From IMG/VR virus record IMGVR_UViG_3300027782_000070: DNA of 64,000 nt. The stretch is one strand, 5' to 3'. This document shows, piece after piece, positions 7,950 to 14,053 of this stretch; position 1 is the stretch's first letter; each line of letters begins with the position of its first letter. Source of the stretch: an uncultured virus (IMG/VR IMGVR_UViG_3300027782_000070) (taxonomy: Duplodnaviria > Heunggongvirae > Uroviricota > Caudoviricetes). The translations under genes were made by a program, and so were the position numbers. The notes beneath the pieces were generated by a model that saw only the letters and a program-made list of their open reading frames with translations, was not told the origin of the DNA and searched no databases.

Positions 7950-8017
7950 TGTGCCAGTTGTGAAACTGGTCGCTATATTTACCGAAATGCCTGAATCCAT
8001 GCTATCATACATGTATG
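7950..8017 (+). promoter_or_regulatory. 68-bp early cassette copy 8
   Basis: Same consensus ending in ATG 8015. Confidence 0.85.
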
Positions 8018-8296
8018 ATAAATCAAAAAACCACTTCTGACCAAATGACTAACACTTTCCAAACCAATATCCTGGAAACTGGTTACAATGGTTGGGCAAA
8101 TTATGAGACCTGGAATGTATCACTTTGGATTCAAAATGATGCATCCATTTATGATGCTGAACAAGGTTGTGATTCATACAATGAACTGTGTGAAATGTTC
8201 TATGATTGTGGGGTGAAAGAAACTCCTGATGGAGTATCATTTACTGACCCCAAAGTGAACAAGATTGAAATCAATGAAATGCTCCAAACTCTCTGA
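8015..8296 (+). CDS. conserved hypothetical phage protein
   Basis: YNGWANYETWNVSLWIQND...ETPDGV motif. Confidence 0.75.
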   Translation: MINQKTTSDQMTNTFQTNILETGYNGWANYETWNVSLWIQNDASIYDAEQGCDSYNELCEMFYDCGVKETPDGVSFTDPKVNKIEINEMLQTL

Positions 8297-8305
8297 ACTA
8301 AACTA

Positions 8306-8446
8306 ATGACTATTAAGTACACTTTTGACATCCAGACTAAACAACCTGTGTATGCTGTGTGTCATAATGATAGGTGCATCTTCCTAACCACAAGTATCAC
8401 AACTGCAATCAAGAAAGTACAAAACTATGCAGTACAAAGTAACTGA
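8306..8446 (+). CDS. small hypothetical protein (46 aa)
   Basis: MTIKYTFDIQTKQ..., fills the gap. Confidence 0.5.
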   Translation: MTIKYTFDIQTKQPVYAVCHNDRCIFLTTSITTAIKKVQNYAVQSN

Positions 8447-8447
8447 A

Positions 8448-8579
8448 ATGTATCAAGTTAAGTATCAAGTCCCCTACAATGATTGTGAATGGAGAGTACA
8501 ATCTTTTGACACTAAAGAGGAGGCAGAAAGAATGGTCATCTTCTATCAATCTTGTGGTTCTCCTGCACACTTAGTCTAG
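8448..8579 (+). CDS. small hypothetical protein (43 aa)
   Basis: MYQVKYQVPYNDCEWRVQSFDTKEEAERMV... Confidence 0.55.
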   Translation: MYQVKYQVPYNDCEWRVQSFDTKEEAERMVIFYQSCGSPAHLV

Positions 8580-8586
8580 ACCTAAT

Positions 8587-8805
8587 ATGACACAAACTAA
8601 ACAAAACAAAGTATTCCAAATTGAACTGTGTAAAGAGGATGCAGAGAGAATCCTTGTTGCACTAGAACTCTTGCGGAGTAAGGTATTGCATTTTGCACAA
8701 ACTACTGATCCCAGTTATAGCAAGGAAACTCCCTGGTTAGAGTTTAGTTATGTGTCTGAGTTGCTGAATGATATGGAATGCAAATTAGATATAGATCAGT
8801 GGTGA
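8587..8805 (+). CDS. hypothetical phage protein
   Basis: 72-aa ORF, last gene before the non-coding locus. Confidence 0.6.
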   Translation: MTQTKQNKVFQIELCKEDAERILVALELLRSKVLHFAQTTDPSYSKETPWLEFSYVSELLNDMECKLDIDQW

Positions 8806-8845
8806 AATGTAGTGAAATCAGGATATAACTGAAATCAATTAAATG

Positions 8846-9139
8846 TGTGAATAAATGTATAGTAGTTTTCCACAAGTAAGTGTATATCCTGTGGAAAAAG
8901 TGTGTTAATTGTGTGATACTCAGTAAATGCCTCTGGTTGTTGTGATCTTGGCCCACATTCTATCACAAACTCCCAGAAATGTCAAGACCCCAGAGACACT
9001 GCAAATACTGGCACATGCCCCCTTGACAGTATAGCAAATGACAGTGAATATACCTGTGGAAAACTATTACAAACCTGTGGAAAAACCTGTGGAAAACTAT
9101 AGTAAATTGTGGAAAACTATTTTTCCACAGGTATATTCA
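8846..9139. repeat. cluster of DnaA-box-like 9-mers; candidate replication origin or DnaA-binding locus
   Basis: TTTTCCACA at 8866(+), 8890(-), 9055(-), 9076(-), 9088(-), 9108(-), 9121(+); TTATTCACA at 8846(-); perfect 19-bp inverted repeat 9045-9063/9121-9139. Confidence 0.7.
8948..9015 (-). promoter_or_regulatory. inverted (minus-strand) copy of the 68-bp cassette with a strong sigma70 promoter
   Basis: Minus strand reads TGTGCCAGTA...TTGACA (8985-8980), 17 bp, TAGAAT (8962-8957) with TG extension, at the same offsets as copy 3. Confidence 0.8.
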
Positions 9140-9219
9140 GTGGCACACAGTGGGGTATATTTAACAGTGAATGTGCAGTCCTGTGAGTATTCTTATCAAA
9201 ACACAGTGAGCTATACCTA

Positions 9220-9248
9220 TTGACAAATGTGCAGTCCTGTGTTATAGT
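9220..9248 (+). promoter_or_regulatory. sigma70-type promoter
   Basis: TTGACA, 17 bp, TATAGT with extended TG; spacer AATGTGCAGTCCTGTG duplicated at 9170-9185. Confidence 0.7.
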
Positions 9249-9526
9249 GAATTGGCAGTATGTGGGGGTGTTGGTGTGGGTTATTGTGGGGTAATGCGAA
9301 AAACCACAACTACCCTAACCTACAAACCTTTGAAACAGAGAGAACGATATAAAGATGAATAAAAAAATTTTTTGGGGTAAAAAAAATCCTGTGAGGTTGC
9401 TCTATGAGAGGGGTTATGGAACTACTATAAGTCCATTAGATGAGGTGCGTTATATTGTGAGCTGCCTTAGAGAAACTGTAAATATAGTTGTGACCAATTA
9501 TGTAAAAAAATTTTTGGGGGTAAAAA

Positions 9527-9682
9527 ATGAACTGTAAGTTGACTGCCAGAGATAGGATATTTTGTGAGGGTACTATGGCACAATGCCAGAAGACACTCTC
9601 AGATATTTCCATGATGATGGACATAGTTTCTATAGATTATGAGATAGAAGAGTTTGTGATTAGTATTGAGGATGACGAATGA
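9527..9682 (+). CDS. small hypothetical protein (51 aa)
   Basis: MNCKLTARDRIFCEG..., ATGA overlap with the next ORF. Confidence 0.5.
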   Translation: MNCKLTARDRIFCEGTMAQCQKTLSDISMMMDIVSIDYEIEEFVISIEDDE

Positions 9683-9990
9683 ACTGGTTTGAGTATTGGG
9701 TAGGACACTGTTGGATGCGTGGATGGCAGAGTATTGGAGGTGCCTTTAGGATATGGGGAGATTTAATGGGAGGGAATTATAAGGATTATGATTTGCCTAG
9801 AACAGTAGAAGACCCAGAAGCAGAATGTATTGAATGGTTCTGGTGGTCATTAGGAGAAGATACTGTATATTCAAAAGAATTTCTTGAGTATCTAATGCAG
9901 ATAGCAGAAGATGTAAAGAGTGGTAAGGTAAAGACTTATTCAATGGATGAAGTTATGGAGGATTTAAAAGGAGGTAGCAATGACATTTGA
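9679..9990 (+). CDS. hypothetical phage protein
   Basis: 103-aa Trp-rich ORF with upstream GAGG. Confidence 0.7.
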   Translation: MNWFEYWVGHCWMRGWQSIGGAFRIWGDLMGGNYKDYDLPRTVEDPEAECIEWFWWSLGEDTVYSKEFLEYLMQIAEDVKSGKVKTYSMDEVMEDLKGGSNDI

Positions 9991-10684
9991 TACTGTTTTT
10001 ATTTCTGATGTTCATTTAGGAACAGATAGGTGTAATACTGAGAAATTCTTAAAGTTTCTTAAAGGGATTAAGACTAAGAAACTTGTGATGGTTGGAGATA
10101 TCATAGACATCTATTGTATGGAAAAGTATGGAACACGATGGAAACGTGAACATACTGAATGTGTTCATGCACTTTTAGATTTGTGTAAAAAGGGTACTGA
10201 AGTTGTTTATGTTCTTGGCAATCATGAGGGAGTAGTTAGAAGGTATTGTAATTTTGAGCACAAGAACTTTATGATGTGCGATGAGTATGTTCATAAGGAT
10301 AATCAAGGTAATAAGTATCTTTGCACGCATGGCGATAAGCACTCTGAGTATTCTTCTGGTTCATGGAAGCAATTAATGTTTAACTGGGGATATGAGTTTA
10401 TTACGCCATTGAGTCTTTTTTTAAATCGTTATCTTAGGTTCTCTTTAGTTCATTTTTTAAAGAATACTATGCGTGGTAAAGGATATATTGATAAGTATGA
10501 GAATGATATTGTTGGATATTGCATTCAACAAGATAAGAAGTATGATGGTATTATCTGTGGACACATTCATCATGCAAACATTCGTAAATTTGGTAAGATG
10601 ATGTATATGTGTTGTGGAGATTTTGTCGATACCTGTTCTGCTATTTTAGAAAAGAATGGCGTTTATAGTTTGGAGAAATACTAA
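9980..10684 (+). CDS. calcineurin-like metallophosphoesterase (LpxH-like)
   Basis: SDVHLG, VGDIID, GNHE, THGD and GHIH motifs; AGGAGG ribosome-binding site. Confidence 0.85.
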   Translation: MTFDTVFISDVHLGTDRCNTEKFLKFLKGIKTKKLVMVGDIIDIYCMEKYGTRWKREHTECVHALLDLCKKGTEVVYVLGNHEGVVRRYCNFEHKNFMMCDEYVHKDNQGNKYLCTHGDKHSEYSSGSWKQLMFNWGYEFITPLSLFLNRYLRFSLVHFLKNTMRGKGYIDKYENDIVGYCIQQDKKYDGIICGHIHHANIRKFGKMMYMCCGDFVDTCSAILEKNGVYSLEKY

Positions 10685-10783
10685 TGAGCATTGAAGATCA
10701 GACAACATATACAAAAGAGATTGGTGAGTATCTTATGAAGGATGTATTAGTAAAACAGAATATTGATAGACTTTGCAAATTAC

Positions 10784-10903
10784 TGGTGGAGTCAATATGA
10801 CCCTGTTATGAGTTTACGGCATCTCTCAAATGACGTTGGTGCGGATGGGACTCTCTCCCGCCTGGTTTCCAATTTCCAGTTAAAGAATTGGTGGCGAGCC
10901 TGA
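10784..10903 (+). ncRNA. structured RNA, probably the cyanophage wcaG RNA motif
   Basis: Stems GTCA/TGAC and GGGA/TCCC; crossing pairs CTGG/CCAG and CCAATT/AATTGG (pseudoknot); upstream of nucleotide-sugar genes. Family assignment from memory, not searched. Confidence 0.55.
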
Positions 10904-10912
10904 ATGACCTAG

Positions 10913-10940
10913 AGGAGAGTTGCATAAACTCTCCTTTTTT
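10913..10940 (+). terminator. intrinsic terminator
   Basis: AGGAGAGTT-GCATA-AACTCTCCT followed by a T run. Confidence 0.8.
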
Positions 10941-10948
10941 GGTATAAT
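10920..10948 (+). promoter_or_regulatory. sigma70 promoter overlapping the terminator
   Basis: TTGCAT, 17 bp, TATAAT with extended TG. Confidence 0.6.
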
Positions 10949-10968
10949 AAATTAAAAGTTTTTTTTGT

Positions 10969-11484
10969 ATGAAAATCGGTTTTAATTGCAGTTCATTTGA
11001 TCTTTTCCATGCAGGGCATGTTACAATGCTAAAAATGGAAAAAGAACTGTGTGACTATTTGAAAGTAGCACTTCAAGTTGATCCTTCAATAGATAGACCT
11101 GGAATTAAAAATAAACCAGTACAGTCTGTATATGAAAGATATATACAACTGCAGGGATGTAAATATGTGGATGAAATTCTAGTATATGAGACTGAAGCAG
11201 ATTTACTTAATTTGATTCAAACTCAAACATTTCATATTCGTTTCTTGAGTGAGGAATATAGGCATATTGAAGTGACTGGTAAACAATATTGTATTGATAA
11301 TGGAGTTGAAATTTATTATCATTTGAGAAGACATCAATATTCATCAACAGAGATTAGAAATCGAGTTTATAATCTTGAGCAAAAAAAGAGAGAAGATAAA
11401 GAAGATAGGGCGCAAGAAACTGTGATAGGGCAATATTCTCCAGAAATTTTAGAAAAATATTCAATTAAAAATAACCAATCATGA
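10969..11484 (+). CDS. cytidylyltransferase (TagD/HIGH-type nucleotidyltransferase)
   Basis: FDLFHAGH (HxGH), KPVQSVYER, YVDEI and SSTEIR motifs. Confidence 0.85.
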   Translation: MKIGFNCSSFDLFHAGHVTMLKMEKELCDYLKVALQVDPSIDRPGIKNKPVQSVYERYIQLQGCKYVDEILVYETEADLLNLIQTQTFHIRFLSEEYRHIEVTGKQYCIDNGVEIYYHLRRHQYSSTEIRNRVYNLEQKKREDKEDRAQETVIGQYSPEILEKYSIKNNQS

Positions 11485-11507
11485 CAATCTTAGTTACTGG
11501 GGGGTAA
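11481..11507 (+). pseudogene. N-terminal stub of an NAD-dependent sugar epimerase/dehydratase
   Basis: ATGA-coupled MTILVTGG then stop, matching the start of the Rossmann ILVTGGxGxxG motif. Confidence 0.6.
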
Positions 11508-11566
11508 GGTAGAATATGTAGATTGTCTGGACCCCAGAAAAACTTATAAGAAAATTGTGATTACTT

Positions 11567-11752
11567 ATGCTGAACAAAAACGATAAGATTATCAGAGCAA
11601 AATTATACACGCCCCATGTATCTGATTTTGTATGTGAGCGTATGGATGGCACTCATTATCTGATGATGAATAGACATGAAACAGAATATTATGAATTACT
11701 TCCCAATCCTACAGGTGCCACAGAATGGATCTGGGGGGAGAAAATACAATGA
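11567..11752 (+). CDS. hypothetical protein
   Basis: 61-aa ORF with coupled stop/start. Confidence 0.55.
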   Translation: MLNKNDKIIRAKLYTPHVSDFVCERMDGTHYLMMNRHETEYYELLPNPTGATEWIWGEKIQ

Positions 11753-11904
11753 ATAGATACAAGGTTATTCTTTCAAGTATTGTAGATGGTGCTACAGTAA
11801 GGATTCAGTTTCCTGTGAATAGTGATATGAGTGCTCTGCAATTAAGAACTTACTATCTTCTGAAAGGTGGATTTTCTGTAAGTGATGTTGAGGTGTTTGA
11901 GTGA
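11749..11904 (+). CDS. small hypothetical protein (51 aa)
   Basis: MNRYKVILSSIV..., ATGA-coupled. Confidence 0.5.
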   Translation: MNRYKVILSSIVDGATVRIQFPVNSDMSALQLRTYYLLKGGFSVSDVEVFE

Positions 11905-11949
11905 TTATGAGGATTTATGAGGATTTATGAGGATTTATGAGGATTTATG
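11905..11949. repeat. tandem repeat, 4.5 x TTATGAGGAT
   Basis: Directly visible 10-bp period. Confidence 0.95.
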
Positions 11950-12008
11950 GCGCTTTGTCTCTGGCAGTATCTCTCTCATAAAGAACTAAATAAAAACAAA
12001 AAGATATA

Positions 12009-12674
12009 ATGGGAATAAGTTATAATCCTCGTATAGTCACTGATGGTCTTGTATTTTGTTTTGATGCCAAAAATGTCAAATCATATTCTGGTTCAGGAAC
12101 TTCTTTTACTGATATTGGTGGCGCTTTAGCAAGTAATTCTGGTAGTTTTGCTTCATATAGTTCTACTCCAGGTCACATTTCATTTAATGGATCTAATGGT
12201 TCTGGTATTCAGTTTCCATCTTCATCTATTCACGATACTCAAACTCCTAGTGTAGAGGTTTGGGTTAGAACAAATGCTCTTTCACAATATGGTTTTTGGT
12301 TTGAAAAAGGAACAGTTAATAGTCAGTATTCTTTGTTCCAAGAAGGAACAACTATTGTGTGGAGACACGCTGGGAATTCACAATATACAACTACATCTAC
12401 TTACATGACTACTGGTGTTTGGTATCAAGTAGTGGGAACTTATACTAGTGGTTCTCGTAAAACTTATATAAATGGTTCTTTAGTAACTTCAGATACTGTT
12501 TCTTACAGTGTCAATACTGGAGGATCTGGTATTGGGTTGGGTTCTTTTGGTGGGGGCCAAACTGGATATCAATTTAATGGTGATTTAGCAGTAGTTAAAG
12601 CATACAGTAAAGCACTCTCCGCAGATGAAATATCACAAAACTTTAATGCTCTCCGTTCAAGGTTCTCAATATAA
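12009..12674 (+). CDS. LamG/concanavalin A-like domain virion protein
   Basis: DGLVFCFDA...WYQVVGTY...YINGSL...ALSADEISQNFNA; late-type CTAAATA at 11986-11992. Confidence 0.8.
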   Translation: MGISYNPRIVTDGLVFCFDAKNVKSYSGSGTSFTDIGGALASNSGSFASYSSTPGHISFNGSNGSGIQFPSSSIHDTQTPSVEVWVRTNALSQYGFWFEKGTVNSQYSLFQEGTTIVWRHAGNSQYTTTSTYMTTGVWYQVVGTYTSGSRKTYINGSLVTSDTVSYSVNTGGSGIGLGSFGGGQTGYQFNGDLAVVKAYSKALSADEISQNFNALRSRFSI

Positions 12675-12677
12675 ATA
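12670..12677 (+). promoter_or_regulatory. T4-type late promoter
   Basis: TATAAATA. Confidence 0.7.
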
Positions 12678-12691
12678 CCTAAAAAACTATT

Positions 12692-12943
12692 ATGTACTCT
12701 GATAGAAACTTTCTTATTTTTCCAGTTACTGAACTACCAAAAGTAGATTTCTCCCAGGTGTGTGAGACTTCAAAAGAGACTGTAAGAAAAAGTGTTGATG
12801 AAACCAAGACATTTGTGAAATGGGATGGTGAAGAACCTGCATTTGTTGTTGATATTGAAGATGCAGAAGGTCCTTATACTTATGAGGAGATTTTGGTGAT
12901 TTTAGCAACAGAAGAATGGACTAAACCTATGGAGGAAATGTAA
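12692..12943 (+). CDS. small acidic protein associated with the LamG genes
   Basis: 83-aa ORF after a late promoter. Confidence 0.7.
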   Translation: MYSDRNFLIFPVTELPKVDFSQVCETSKETVRKSVDETKTFVKWDGEEPAFVVDIEDAEGPYTYEEILVILATEEWTKPMEEM

Positions 12944-14053
12944 GTGTTAGCACATAGTCCAAGTATTGTGATGAATGGATTGGTATTAGCACTGGATGCT
13001 GGAAATACCAAAAGTTATGGTGATAATACCGAGAACTTGCTTACTTATAGTGAGCAGTTTGATAATGCTATTTGGGCAAAACAAAATGGATTTAGTATAA
13101 CTTCAAATACTGCTATTGCACCTGATGGAACTCTTACTGCAGATACTGCATCTAGAGTAAATCTGGGTTCAGAATATTTGTATCAATCTACAAGTGCATC
13201 AGGAACATATACATTATCTTGTTGGGTAAGGGCAGTTACTGGAACAACTACATTTAATATGATTTCATATAATGGAGTAGATGGAACTACACAATCCCCA
13301 ACACTTACTGCAACAACTACTTGGCAAAGATTTTCTCTTACTGCAACAGTAACAACTAATAATGGTTGGTATCCTTGTATTCCAGCAGTATCTGGTGCTC
13401 AACTTTATATTTGGGGAGCACAATTAGAAAGAGGTTCATCAGTAGGTCCTTATTATCCAACAACAGCAACCACAAAAACACGAGGAACTACTTGGACTGA
13501 TTTAAGTGGTAATAATAACACTGGAACACTGACAAATGGACCATTATATAGTAGTGCAAATGCTGGGTCTATTGCTTTTGATGGAAGTAATGATTATGTA
13601 AGCACACCCGTATCAAGTCCAGGAAGTTTGCCCATTACTTTTGAGTTTTGGATTAATAGTACAACAAGCACTCCAGTTGGTATATTTGATTCTGCACCAG
13701 GACAAGTAAATGTCCTTAGAAATTATTCACCTGGATATTTGGAATGGTGGCCTAGTAATCCAAATGTAAATATGGGATTGTCTGCAAATACTTGGTATCA
13801 AATAGTTGCTGTATATAGATTTAATACAAATAGGTATATTGATTATTATAGAAATGGAACTTTGATATCAACAGTTATGGGAGACACAAATTCCAGTTTT
13901 ACTTGGACTACATTTACAATAGGTAATATTAATGGAGGTTCTGCTGGTAACTATTCTGGTAACTTGGCAAAATTTGCAATATACAACAGAGCACTCTCCG
14001 CAGCAGAAATCTCACAAAACTTTAATGCCCTTCGTGGTAGGTATTTAATCTAA
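12944..14053 (+). CDS. LamG-domain protein with an inserted carbohydrate-binding-like module
   Basis: Shared LamG N/C termini; insert NLLTYSEQFDNAIW...YIWGAQLE. Confidence 0.8.
   Translation: MLAHSPSIVMNGLVLALDAGNTKSYGDNTENLLTYSEQFDNAIWAKQNGFSITSNTAIAPDGTLTADTASRVNLGSEYLYQSTSASGTYTLSCWVRAVTGTTTFNMISYNGVDGTTQSPTLTATTTWQRFSLTATVTTNNGWYPCIPAVSGAQLYIWGAQLERGSSVGPYYPTTATTKTRGTTWTDLSGNNNTGTLTNGPLYSSANAGSIAFDGSNDYVSTPVSSPGSLPITFEFWINSTTSTPVGIFDSAPGQVNVLRNYSPGYLEWWPSNPNVNMGLSANTWYQIVAVYRFNTNRYIDYYRNGTLISTVMGDTNSSFTWTTFTIGNINGGSAGNYSGNLAKFAIYNRALSAAEISQNFNALRGRYLI

Larger units (their letters stand above)
10684..11586 (+). pseudogene. small gene interrupted by a 714-bp insertion
   Basis: 10684-10786 joined to 11501-11586 gives an intact 62-aa ORF (...RLCKLL|GGKVEY...KKIVITY...); TTACTGG is duplicated at 10780-10786 and 11494-11500. 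Confidence 0.65.

Noticed and set aside
2713..8017. CRISPR array with a Cas4-like gene
   Set aside because: Repeats are 68 bp, contain promoter elements and are separated by 0.3-1.3 kb of coding sequence; the nuclease lacks Cas4 Fe-S cysteines and no other cas genes are present.
8744..8956. 70-aa minus-strand ORF under the inverted promoter
   Set aside because: Its start codon lies immediately next to the -10, upstream of the predicted TSS; it crosses DnaA boxes and overlaps a + strand gene.
9038..9223. 61-aa ORF with PVEN/PVEK repeats
   Set aside because: The peptide repeats are translations of the CCTGTGGAAAA boxes, which also occur inverted; better explained as non-coding.
10834..10903. 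tRNA
   Set aside because: No cloverleaf or TTC-containing T arm; pairing fits a pseudoknotted motif instead.
10787..11500. IS element or self-splicing intron
   Set aside because: No transposase, terminal inverted repeats or recognisable group I/II core; it contains a terminator and a metabolic gene.
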